Source: Utricularia gibba | Lineage: Eukaryota > Plantae > Magnoliophyta | Assembly (NCBI GenBank): GCA_002189035.1 | Contig: NEEC01000008.1 | Span: 1,922,001 to 1,986,000 of the forward strand | Direction: 5' to 3' | DNA length: 64,000 nucleotides | Shown here: positions 49,738 to 62,747 of the stretch, in pieces | Layout of the letters: each line of letters starts with the position of its first letter | How positions within the stretch are numbered: the stretch's first letter is position 1 | Position numbers and translations under genes: made by a program | Notes under the pieces: model-generated | What the model was told of the DNA's origin: nothing | What the model saw: the letters and a program-made list of their open reading frames with translations, nothing else | Databases searched by the model: none

Positions 49738-52700
49738 TCATCTTGTAGCATAAGAGCCATCTACTATACCAACACTGTTGAGAAGCTGCATTCCCTCTTC
49801 ACCCATCCTCTTAACTTCTGATGGTGATAAGATTCTGATGCACTTCACACAGCAGATGAATTCCCTACAAAAACAAAGTTGGCTAGTTAGTTTTCTGAAC
49901 TGAGTTCCTGTGATCCTAAAGAACCTTTGAAGCACTTACCCCCAAGGATCATCCCCAACAAGAAGAACATCACCTTCAAAATCCACATAAACTAACTTCC
50001 ACCCAGATCCCAGATCATTCAGCAAGCCCTCTAGTCCAAACATGGACTCAATTTCTGAGCGCAGCTCATCATAATACTTAAATGCTGAAACATCAATAGA
50101 CCTTCCAACAGATCCTGCCTTTTGAATCTGCCAGATTATATTAGGTTTAGACCACATGCAGAAGCGTGATAAGTGAGAAATAGTACTGAAAACTTGTACC
50201 TTTGTGTATGTTCGGCACCTCGGGGCTACTTGATTCCATGAGCCATGTTGCAAGAAAGTGTTGTCATCAAAGCCAACATTGCTTGATGAAGTACCCCCAG
50301 AGTTGTCTGCATATTCTTGCATGGAGAAGGCCTGCGAATCCGCTAGGCTGGCTGATGTAATCTGGGACTGGACATCTTGGTTGGATGAGAAGTTTCCAAC
50401 GAGGCATTCAGAAGGGTTATGAAAATTCTCGTTTTTTATCCCACAAAAGCCATCTAACAGCATGCTGGATACTGATGGATCAATAACCGTGCTTCCACAG
50501 TTACTAACATCAAGATTTAGACAACCATAGATGTCGCCGTGGTTACTTTTGTCAGCCGTCCTGACTTTCTGCCAACACGAACTGTAAGAAGAGCTAGTGA
50601 TATCTTGTTGGGACAGAAGCACAGGATGGCTGATTGTCTGAGTGGTGCAACTTGTTCCAGCAATATGGGCATCCATTAATTCCTGGCTTTCTTGTGGTAC
50701 ATGGAGAGTGTCTAATGGTGGAGATTGGTGATTCTTGACCATGCACAAAGACCCTGGATGTCTGAAAGATTCCATTGAACTATAAGTAGCAAGAGATGAC
50801 TCAAAATCACCCTGCCCCGGATACTGGAGCAGGGGATTTTGCTCCACGGTTCCCAAATCATGTGCATGACATTGTGGATAGATCTGCTTTGCTACCACCT
50901 TTTCTTCATTGCATTGTCCTGGTGATGTAAGCTGGTTCATAAGCGGTGATCCTTGTATGCAATCTTCAGTATTATTTCCAAAAGATGTGAAGTTTCCAAC
51001 AATCTTTGCCTTTCCCTGAAACACCACATTTGAATTGTGGCTTTCCTCTAGTGGTAATACATCATCCGAATCAGGTTTCTGTTTAACTGCTGATTGCAGA
51101 GAATTGAATTCCTTTAGAGTTGCATCATCACTCGCACTTCGAATAGCCGATGCCAGAGGTTTTACATGCGTTTTCTTTATAGGGTCTGACCACATCCCTG
51201 GTGAAGAACTATCAGCCACTTGCAGGAAAGGCATGTTCATCACAGAGTCCCATTCCGTTGACGACCCTGGAGCAAGAAATATATGCTCTCGATGCTCTCA
51301 GAAGAAAGATACATAAACTCTGGAAGAAAATGGAATTACCCATGAATGTAGACTTGAAGGGGCGCTTGAAATTCGCAGCCAAAGATGGAAATATGAAGAG
51401 ACTTTCAGGCGTCTCGATCTCCCATGGACTAACTCTGTTATTTTTGTCACCACAGCCAGGCTCATCCCACTCCACCTAAAGTGCAACCATATTCGTGTTC
51501 TTGCTTCTATTTGTTAATGAAACACTATAGCATTACACCATCAATTACCTGCAAGCAACGCCACTTTGAATTTGGCCATCTTCTGGGATCAAGGTCGCTT
51601 ATACCATGAATGGTTCCCATGTATCTGAAAGTCATCTAATCAAATTTATACAAGGTAACCTCAGTGACAAGAGATGAGCTTCTTCAAAGGGGTACCTTCT
51701 TTTGTTTGATTCTTCAGTTTCAAACATCATCCCAAACCTCATTCCCACTGAAAGCTGTGCACCAAATACAGCTTTCCGGAATCGGGCGAAAGGAATGATG
51801 AACTCCGAAGAGCACGCCCTGCAGTTGTTACATGCTTAAACTATCATCAGGGAAGCAACCAAATAAGAAAAAAAAATGTACCTTGGGTTGTAGAAGATGG
51901 TAAATGAGGTGTGATTAGCAGCAGCATGAGCAGCTGCAGCAAGAATTCCTATGTGCATACTATCCGCAGACAAAACTGAAGAAGGCAACGTTGCTTGCGG
52001 TCGACTAGCTCGCCGAACTCCAACTAAAAGCTGCGACTTTTCATCTCTACGAAGTCATAGAAGATAAAAGAATGTGTTATGATCCTTTACAGAGAATCCT
52101 CAGCATCATGTAGAAGCACCTGACGAAGAGAACAGCATCACCAGCTCTGAGCTGCTTAGCTCCTACAAACATACTCCAACCAGTTGTCAGTAGGTGCCTT
52201 TTGGGCTGCCCTGAAGACAAGAAAACAATGAATAAAAGGTAAGACTTCAGGATATAGAAGATGCGCATGAAAATTCTACAGCGGTTACCGCGGTATATAT
52301 GACGGAAATTCCAAGAATTATCGTGGAGATCCCGGACAACGAGCTCTTGAGAAGGTGGTTGCATGGAGAAATCCTGAGAAAAAAATGTTTTAACAATGTG
52401 ATTACCAAGTAGATGAAGTTTCAAACTTGATCATAAGAAGAAGTAAGGATACCAATGAAGGGAAGAGTTTCTCTGCCGCTCTTCTTGGGACTGAGAAGCC
52501 ACCATGGGTGCTGGTATCACTAGCAGTTAAGGTCTTGAAGAAGAAATCTGTTGGATGTTTACTGGGCTGGACTCCAAACTCAGGTACAGAAATGATATCT
52601 TTATCCTAAAGCATGTTAATCGTTCCCTTGAGCAAAATCACCATAAACTCCAATAAAAGTAGTTCTTCTGGGAGGCCGGACTTACAGAACTGACTGGATG

Positions 52701-53290
52701 CAAGCTTATCTGAGCATAAATTTCATCTGTGTATTTGTCTGCCTATTGATAGTGAAATGATTAAGCAAATTAGCTCACTGCAGCACACACTCGTCATGGT
52801 TTAAACCCAGATAAAGAAATGCATACATGGAGAGTGACATTATGAACTTGACACAGCAACTGAGGAGGAAGATTTGGGTAGTTGGGCATCTGTGTGGTTG
52901 AAGTCGTGTTTGTTGAAACTGCAACCTGTGTAGGAGAAGAAAATAAACATCTTTTTTCTTAAAAAGCCCACTTCAAAATACAAACCGGTTGAATCAAAGA
53001 ACTGCAAACCTGTTCGCTGTGTCCTTGTGGAAAATAGTAGACAAGGCTTCCAGGTTCAGGAAGAGTTACCAGTGGACCAGCGCAAGCATGCCAAAGCTCA
53101 GTGTTTATATGTTTCCTGGAGACTGTAAAGAAGCAAATGAGAATTGCTCCCAGAAATCTATTCTTGACATGCATACATTTCACTCACCGGTGTTATGTTG
53201 CATTTCTTTCAGCACTTTCATCTCCTCGAGGAGATTATTTGAACCACCAACTGGTCTCAGCTTTCCTTCGTCCGAAGCCATGCTGAGCAT
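49738..53290 (-). CDS. ARF5: Auxin response factor 5 / MONOPTEROS ortholog
   Basis: N-terminal [12 protein letters not shown]; B3 domain ([33 protein letters not shown]); ARF domain; PB1 [41 protein letters not shown] as in MP. 14 exons; start at 53290 or 53281. Confidence 0.93.
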
Positions 53291-56200
53291 ACACCTCACC
53301 TTCCTAATATCGTTCAATGAGCCTCATTCGCCCATGGAGTCTTTCTTGGTTTTCTCCATGCATTTTCTTCAAGGAATTGGAAATGGTTAAAACATAACAC
53401 CGTTGATAAAAGTTCGTTCTTGCAACCTCATGAAACAGGGGACCTTACAAGAAAAAGTATTTGTTTAAGGGGCCGGCAGACAATAAAGCCAACAGTTTCC
53501 AGAGAATCTAGCAGAGGATGAGAGGAACAAATCAGAGGGGAGAAGAGCAAGCCCTAGAGAGAATCCAAAACCAATGACCAAAAGAACACGCACTGCAAGA
53601 AAGAAAACAAGGGCAGAGCACAGGCAAGGGGCTCCACTCCTGTTTTAACATGAACCCTTCAAATTATGAACAAGGGGTCCCTCCGCATTCTCTCACCACC
53701 AAAGCACGCTAAGGACCAAAGGATGATGGCAGATTACCGAGTGCTTCTCGCTTTTCATCCACATCTTTTCCTTCTACAAAACCACCACCAAAAGAAATTG
53801 ACTTTTCAGTGTAAAAAGACAAGCTTTAAACTCAGCTTCTGTACCTCTTTTGTTTTAGAGTCCTTCCACTAGGATAAAAGAGTGTGCATGTTCATGATTG
53901 TAACATGCAGCACACTGCTGAAGGTGTTCGTTCTGTTAAGCTTGGAAACTTTGTGAGCTCAAGAACTCCACCCACACATCACATGAATTTTTTCATCTTA
54001 ACTGAGAATCAAGCCAGATTAACCAGTAAAGAAAACACGACAATAATAGCAAGCTGGGTGCATTGTATCAAATCGTCAATCAACTCACTGGGAAAGATGA
54101 TGGGAATCTTGCAGTGATACCCTTTTTAATATTCCTAAAAAATTGCAATCTTTGACACGTTACACGAATTGAGGAAAAGGGTACTCACTACTCAGACGTC
54201 TACGGATCTGCACTCCATTATTTTCACAAATCCCATGAATGAAATACAGAATCATTATGTTACTCGGCTTCTGAAATTATCGATACGGATATTTACAAGT
54301 GACTTTAAGATGCTCTGAGTTGCAGCAAGAAATCTAAGCCAACAAAGGAAACCCTGTATGTATTTCGTATTGAAAAAACAAACACGCAACACCAAACACC
54401 AAATACCACATTTACTATTTTGAAGTTAGAACTTCCCCTTAAAGATTACTCTCAGGGGTACAATCGCAGATACACATTTACTCCAGAATCAAATGACCCA
54501 ACAGATAGCCCCTACTCTTCCTTAAAAACTGCGGAGGGTTTTAAATTGAAAAAACAATGCGGTAGGTTCAGAGAAAGGACAGTGGAGAGAAGACCGTAGC
54601 GGCGCATTTTAGCCATCCAAGTGGTAACTTGTAAAAAGGGTGTACTTTTCCTCTGTTGCTTGCTACTCAGGCTTAGACTAGACTACACTCCTCCTCAGCT
54701 GCTCGCCCCATTTTCCATTTTTCAAAGTTTGAATGAAACAAGAGCGCCGTGGATTTGATTTCTTTTTTCTATTCCTCTGGGTGCACGAATCCCAGAGACA
54801 AGACAAAACACCCTCGGTGGGCACAAGGGATACAACATGGCCTCCATAAATGCCCGACTCCTTAAACCAGACAATCATATGAATTCTGTTCCTTTCTTAT
54901 TCCCGGAAGCTTGCAACTTAAAAACACAAAACAGCTCGAAAGCCATCAAATCATCCACGACTTTAAGAGCGTGGAAAACATGGTGATGATGATGATAATA
55001 GTGGTAATAATGGAGGAATTACAGGCTTCATTGAATGAGTCGTAGGCGCGAGGCGGAATGTGAATAATTGGCGGAGGAGGGGCACTGCAGTGAATGCGCA
55101 GCAGAGCGTGAGGTGTTTTGTCGCTTTTCCGTCAATTATTTCATCATTATGTTCTTCCCTACTAATTACCAAAATTTTCCCAAGCTATCTTCTTATTTTC
55201 TCATAGGCTTTTGGTTTTGACAAATCATTTTTGGTAACCCCGTTAATCTAAACAAATTAAATTCACATAAATTAAATAAGCAAAAAGTCCTAATACAAGA
55301 TTAGAATTATAACTCTACATGTTATCGCTCTCTCATTTGTAATTAATGTACGATATCACTACAATTTTGGATTTATATTTTCAAATAATAAAAAAACCAT
55401 GGAACGTGGTGGCTGATTGGTTTTATGTGACATTACCAAAATTACCCTTTTAATCATCCTATTTTAGCGGGTCGGGGCGGGGCGACACGTGGAAGGACCT
55501 GACATGTCACCCCGGCGTCACCCGGATGCCACGTGTCATACATGCAGTGCCTCCGTTTTCCTACTCTAAATCCCATTTCATTCGTCCCGCAAAGTTCTGG
55601 TAATGAAAAAAAAAAAAAAGCAAGTTACAAAAATGAAAAGATTGGATGAAATATGACCGTTGGTGGTGGGGGCCAAATGGTCAAAGGTGGGAGGGAGCAT
55701 GAGCACCGGGACTGGGAGATGATGACAAGGCGGCAGGGCGATGTTGGGAGCTAAGGAGACATTTTTGCAGCAGTGTGAATCTATTGCTATTTGCTGCTCC
55801 TCTCTCCATAACAGAAAACCCTTGTCTTCCTCCTCCTCCTCCTATTTTACTTTCTTTTTTTATTTTTTAAAAAGAATTACTGAAATTGGATGGGCCTCAC
55901 GCGTTGAGGGCCCAATAAATAATTTTACAGGCCCATACCCGCACCATGCGCTGCGTCAAAGACACACACTGCATAATCTACTGCAGACTGCTGTGTAGAA
56001 TTTGGTTCATTGATTGATGCCTTCGACTAGATTTTTAAAAATTTTTATTTCAAATAAAAAAATGTTTTAACTTCCATATTTAATAATATAAATATATATT
56101 TTAAAATTATTTGCCGAACACACTTTTCAATTTTAATTATTTAAATAGTTGGAGTTTGTCGGTGATATTCTAAGTTACAATCATTATAAAGAATTTAATT

Positions 56201-58945
56201 TTTAAATTTTAAAATTATGTTACATTTCCCCCAACATGTGTTTTTGTAAACATTTTACTCCTTAACATATGAAATTATATACTTAACCTCTTATATTATC
56301 AAAACTAACCGATTTTGATCTTAACATTGTAATAACGGTAATTCATATAAGACGTGAATGCAAACACAATATAACTATCATCATTTTGAATCACATGAGA
56401 TGTAGATATGATATACTACTAATAGAGGTAAAATTAGATTTGTCAAACTCTTAAAACAAAATTTCATTGAGTCTGAAAATAACAAGAAAAATTACTAAAA
56501 CTGCAAGTGTGGGCCCCGTAGATGATGATTAGCGAATTAAAGATGGTACAATCAAATTTCATCCTGGTTATTCACGGCGGTGAAAAGTGAAAGGGCGCTG
56601 CTCCAGCCCCTGCGAGTTTTTACCTGCATTGAAATGAGTAAATTAATGGTATTGAGGAAAAAGGCAAATGCAAATGCAAATTAAGTCGCACGTGATTCGT
56701 TGGTTAAGTGAATGGAAAGTGAAAGTACAACTTCAGACAACGACCCTGTTGAAAGCACCGCCTCACTTCTTTACTTCCGCGTTGCACCCATCTGACGCTG
56801 ACCCCGCTCCCCGTCCCGTAATTTTCACCTTTATTTATTTATTTCGTTGATTATAATATAAATTACACTATTTTTTTAAGAAAGCTCATGCTTTTTCACC
56901 ATTTTCATAATAAATGAAATCTTTTTTTAATCAAATAATAAGTATGTGTACGCAATGACATCATAATAAGCAATAATGAATTTACTTTATTTGGTGGGAT
57001 TTTAAAGGACATATTGAATGGGGGCATGTGCCCCTCCCCCGCAGCCTGCAGCCCATTTTTGTTGGACGCAGGATCACACGGGAAAATCAATCTCAATTTT
57101 CGTTATCCAAATATAATATTTTAATATTCGGATATTGCTGGGAACCGGACGAGGGGATGGGCCGGCCCCCCACCCCCCCCTGCCCCCTGCTAGCCACGGG
57201 GGACCGCAGGGGCATTATCCCTGCTTTTTTGCCTTTTTCTTGCTCCAGGGGCATAACTGTAACTTCATACCCCCTAATGTCCCTGATTAGTTTATTTTAG
57301 GAAAAACAAGTTCTCATGATTGAACACCCAATTGGGTAAAGTTTCCGGATCCAAATGTAATGTATAGTAACCATATCTCATATTAGTTAATATGAATTGG
57401 AGAAGTTACATTTTATGTAAATTGATCCTCTTAATCTTGTATGATATTTTTTTTGATAACGTAAAATCGTAAGAATTTAATTTCATATGGATTATAATCG
57501 AATCGGGTCAGGTGGATAATCCAGAGATAGATGACTCGCGAGCTGCTGCCGCCCTCATTGATAACGACAGCTGTTTTGGCGGATGGCATCACCCCTTTCT
57601 TATACCTACCCTTTTTTTTTTTTTACTTTTATTCAACAGTCTCTTTCAGTTTTTAAAAAAGCAGTGTTTTTTTGGAGCATTTTTATTCAAAAAAATGTCT
57701 GGAATATATATTTATTATTATTATTATTATTATTTATCTTAAAAATTTGAATAAGGAAATTAGGGTAGGTTTAAAAGGTTGTTTGTTTCTAAAAAAAGTT
57801 TCAGCAATAATAAATCCTCAACTAGTATTTTATTATAATTGATTTTATTATAATAATAATATATTGAAATAATGGTGGAAAGAGTGCTCGCTCGCAAGTC
57901 GCAATTAAAAGTGGCTTTTTTTATGTTGTCGAGAAGTCAAAGCAGGAAAAAGTTACCGCCACTTCCTTCCTTATAAAGATGTCCGGTTTGATGATTTTCT
58001 GAGGTTTCCAACGTTTTTTTGTTGGGCGTTGGCAGCGGAGCGAGAGCAAGAAACACGACAACTGCCCCATCTCCCGCACGTTGTCGGCTGCTGTCTCCTT
58101 TCATCTTCTCCAGCGGACAAGGACGGGATGGCCGGGAGTCACCGGAGCCCAGATCGCGGATTCTTCTTTTGAGTCTGCATTGCCTGCACCTGGTAAACAC
58201 ACTGCGGTCTCTTGGAATGGAATGGAATGTCATGCGTTTTGTTGATTGATTGATGGTTTTCGCGTGTGGGTCATTTGGAGAAAATCAATGAAAGGGGAAC
58301 GAACGAACGAACACACACGGCTGTTGTGAGCCGTTGCGAGGCGGCGTTTATTGAATATGGGTTCTGGCTACTTTGGCTGTCGTGTTCCTCGGAGAACTGC
58401 GCAGCGGCGGTTGAAAGTCCTTGGACTCTGCTGCGGCTGCTGCTGTTCAGCATTTATTGCTCTTCTTTTCTAGAGGATAGATATCTTTTTCCTGTTCTTG
58501 AGATTGCTTTGCTTTTTGCTAGATAAATTATCTGAAGTAATCATCAATCCATTTCCACGCGCAAGTTGCAATTGCGTTTTGTATTTTTTCGTGGACTGGG
58601 TTAGGTGAGATGATACTGTTGCTGCATTGATTTTCAGTGTCTTGGCTTCTTATTGGAATGTCGTATTCATGGTCTCTATCGATGGATTTTGGTGCCCTGT
58701 TCTTTTCTCAGGCCTCATCACCTTGTCCTTCTTCTTGTTCTTTTCGCACTTCTTTTTTAACTTCAACAGAGAATGCTCACATGCGCATTTCTCTGTGAAG
58801 TCTGCGATTTGCAAGAGTGCTAAGTATGATATGTCTGGTTATTTGTCGCTTTCCTGCGCCACTCATACCAGAGCTATCTGTTTACTTTGATTTCCTCTAT
58901 GATTTCTCTGATTCTCATCTGCTTCATTCGATTCTGCAGACAGAG

Positions 58946-61900
58946 ATGGATAAAAGGAGTTGGCCATGGAAGCGGAAGTCTTCTGATAAGCAAGCTGCTG
59001 TGAAAGAATCCACGAATGAATTTGAAAATTCAGTCGATGCCTCACACAGTCATGGTGCTGCTAAGGTGTGTTTCTGTCTATGGATGTTTCTTGAGTTGCC
59101 ATGGGAGGGCTGTAGTGATTCGGCTATCTTGCAGGTTATGAAAGAAGACACAAAGGAAAAGTATGTTAAGATTTCCATGGAATCGTATACCCATCTTACT
59201 GGACTGGAGAACCAAGTGAAGACATACGAAGAGCAAGCACTGGCAATGGCGGACGAAATTAAGGAACTGAATGAAAGGTTATCTAAAGCCAATTCTGAGA
59301 TAGCCAACAAAGACAAGCTGGTCAAGCAACACTCCAAAGTTGCAGAAGAAGCTGTCTCTGGTTTGATTTTGATGCACTGGCAGTTCTGGGTATGTAACTA
59401 TGATGGTTTTTAATGCTGTTGACTTGTTTTTTGGTAGGTTGGGAAAAAGCTGATGCAGAAGCTGCTGCGCTGAAAAATCATCTGGAGTCAGTCACACTGA
59501 TGAAGCTCACAGCTGATGATAGGGCAGTACAGTTTGAAGGTGCGCTGAAGGAATGCATGAAAGAGGTGAGGAATTTGAAGGAAGAACATGAAGAGAAATT
59601 GAAAGAAGTTACCGCAAGCAAAGCAAAACTCTTTGACAAGATGAAGATGGAGCTTGAGGGAAAGATACTGCGTTTAGACCAAGACCTGCTGAAGGCTGCA
59701 GCCGAAAATGGTGCACTATCGAGATCATTACAAGAACGATCCGACAAGATTGTCCGTCTGACTGAAGAGAAGTCAAAAGCAGAGGCTCAAATAGAGCTTT
59801 TGAAGAACAGCATTGAGTTGTGTGAGAAGGAAATGCATTCCCTCAGATATGAGCTTCATATTGCACAGAAGGAGGCGCACATCCGAAATGAAGAGAGGAT
59901 CATGAGCGTACGTTCTGCTGAAGTGGCAAACAAGCAAAATCTTGAAGGAGCAAGGAGAATAGCTAAACTTGAGGCTGAGTGTCAAAGATTACGTGTGCTT
60001 GTTCGAAAAAAGTTGCCTGGACCGGCAGCAGTTGCACAAATGAAGCTTGAAGTTGAGAATTTGAGCCGAGACTACGGACAGCCTCGTTTGAGGAGATCCA
60101 CAGGGAAGCCTTCATCTCAAGAATCAGAGTTTTCTCCTGAAAACACAAATAGGTTTAACAAAGAGAATGAGCTACTCACTGAACTCCTGATGGTAATGGA
60201 GGATGAGATGAAGATGTTAAAGGAAGCATTGGCCAAGCGTAGCAGTGAACTGCAAGATGCTCGGAATGTCTACGAACTAACAGCAAGTAAGCTTCAAAGT
60301 CTAGAAGCTGAGCTTGAAGCAAATGGTGAACACGCAGTTATAGAGAGGCCTTGTAAATCCCAGAATGAAGTTCTCTGCGGCAAAAATGATAACAACCTGC
60401 AGATTCTTCACTCTTCCTCAGAAGACGTAATTGATGACAATGCGAGTAGCTCAGGTTCATGGACAACTGGCGTGCTATCCGAGCTATCATATATCAAGAG
60501 GGAAAAGAATGTTGACACCAGTACAAGAAAATCTGAAAAGACAAACTGTCTGGATCTTATGGGTGACTTTCTGGAGATGGAGAAATTGGCATCCTCAGCC
60601 AGTGAGTTGAATGGAACAGTTTCAGATCAAGATATCCAAAACAGTGATAGAGCACAATCTGCAAAAGCTCAAGTTTCTGTCGAAGGCCCCATTACATCTG
60701 AATCTCGCTTTGTGGAACAGGGCAATCTGCAGGCTCAAAAATTTCCCATGAAGACTGCCTCTGCAGTGATCGCTCACTTGCAAGAAAATCCTCATGTCTT
60801 ATTGGAACTGCAGTCGCAAATTTCCACGCTGGTTGAGTCCATATCTGATGAGAATGACCAAGGGAAGATCACTGAAAATGTCGAGCGCCTTATTCAGGTC
60901 ATCTCTGACTGTTTGGTTCTTCAGCCAGATAAGTTCGGCAACACTTCTTCCGCCTCTGTGAAGGACATGAGCGTTGTGGTTGCTGATCAAGAATTGAAGA
61001 CCGCAGTTGCTCGAGTTTGCGACTTCCTTGTGATCCTCGGTAGAGAGTCTAAGCTGATAACGGATGCTACTTCCCATGGAGCTAGTCTAAATGCAAAGAT
61101 TGATCTCGTCTCTGCCAAATATTCAGGCACCATGGACACTGACATCAATCCGGTTGACTTTGTTCTCGATATTTCTCATGTGTTCTCTGAAGCAAATACT
61201 TTGCACCTCAATGCCTTGGGATTGAAAAGGTCAGAATCCGAAACTAGTAGCCTGGAATGTGTAGACAAAATTGCTCTTCCAGAAAATGAAGCTGGTGTAG
61301 ATTCAGAGAAAAAAAGCTGTCCCGCCGGCAGTGGCCAATTTTCTGATGCCCACCTCACGAATGATGGGAGTCTTGTTCCGACCTCTGAATCCTCTGCTAC
61401 TTGCTCAACGGCGGAGTATGAGCAACTGAAACTGGACAAAAATAATCTACAATCTGAACTTGCAAGCTGCATGGAGAACTACGAAAATACCAAGATGCAG
61501 TTGCAAGAAATGGAGCGCCTTCTAGTTGAAGTTAAGTTCCAGTTGTCATCATCCCAGAAGTCCAACAGCTTAGCTGATACACAGCTAAAGTGCATGGCCG
61601 AGTCATACAAATCACTAGAGTCCCGGGCTGCTGAATTACAGAATGAAGTCAACTCTCTCCAAGGAAGACTTCAAACTCTGGAGAATGAGCTACAGGAGGC
61701 CAGAAGTAGTTACCACGATGCACTTAACAGATGCAAGGCTCTGGAAGATGAGAGGTAGTTGACATGAATTTTTCCTGTCTTTGCACATTTGTGTTGATAT
61801 TGGTTTCTAGTTCCTTCTCGAGTTAAGTTGCTTGCATCGGGGGTTCTGAGCTTCATCCTATCTTCACGGCATCTGAAATGCTTCACACTGACTCTCTTTT

Positions 61901-62494
61901 TGATCAATTTAATTCAGGGTTGGTGTTTCCACAGCACCTGGCATTGATGACAAAGCTTGCAAGGTAACATTGCTTCTTCCTTTTACTCCTAACAAGACAA
62001 AGAAAATGATCGAAATTCCTCAAGCGTCATTTTATTTACTGCTGCTACCTCAGGAGAAGGAGTTGGCTGAAAAGCTTGCAGAATGTCAAGAGACCATATT
62101 TCTTCTTGGCAAGCAATTGAAAACTTTGCGTGGCCAAGAAACCATCAGTTCGCTGCTTGGAAGAACTCTAAGGGTCGGAACGCATGGAGAAGAATCAACG
62201 GAAATTGGGACAAACTTACAAGATTGCGTTTCCTTTGGAAGCGATACAGACACTTCTTTAAAATTTCAGAGAGCTGCTGGATTGGAATCGCCCCTACTGG
62301 ACTTATGCAATCCCCTGTTCAGTCCTGACAACAAAAGAAATAAGTCCGCGAGATCCCCAATAAGATCAAAGCATTCCAAGCACCGGCCAACAAAGTCGTG
62401 TTCATCTTCTTCATCTGTCCAATCTTTAGAGAAACCTGCCCGTGGGTTCAGTAGATTCTTTTCATCATACACAAGGGGAAAGGTCAGCCAATAA
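58946..62494 (+). CDS. Filament-like plant protein (FPP4/FPP6-like, DUF869 coiled-coil)
   Basis: MDKRSWPWKRKSSDK; LVKQHSKVAEEAVSG-WEKADAEAAAL; KLEAECQRLRVLVRKKLPGPAAVAQMKLEV; LMGDFLEMEKLA; EKLAECQETIFLLGKQLK. Five coding exons. Confidence 0.92.
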
Positions 62495-62687
62495 TTAGTG
62501 AATGGGTTGTTTTGATACTGTTCTGTTGCAGTTCATCATTTGACGTTTTCATGGAAATAAAGGTGCAAGTGCTAGTTGAACTTGTGTCATACATGTAATT
62601 TGGTTTGGTTCTTAACAGGGAAAAACTGCAAAATCCAGATGCCAAAACCTTGTGTTCAACTTTCAATGATACAACAAAGACACCAAA

Positions 62688-62725
62688 ATATATATATATA
62701 TATATAATATATATATATATATATA
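62688..62725. repeat. Interrupted (TA)n microsatellite between convergent FPP and TRM6 3' ends
   Basis: Direct reading of the sequence. Confidence 0.9.
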
Positions 62726-62747
62726 ATGATGTTAGAAGAAAAGAAGT

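Noticed and set aside
49925-49990. ARF5 PB1 acidic face reads GDDPWG-EF rather than GDDPWE-EF
   Set aside because: This position varies among ARFs and the core acidic residues of the OPCA motif are retained.
56015-56125. Weak inverted ends suggesting a MITE (similar case at ~34270-34360)
   Set aside because: Similarity is mostly A/T runs with no TSD; not distinguishable from background.
57160-57190. C-rich tract as a second G-quadruplex
   Set aside because: Only three long runs are contiguous; weaker than the 19779 motif.
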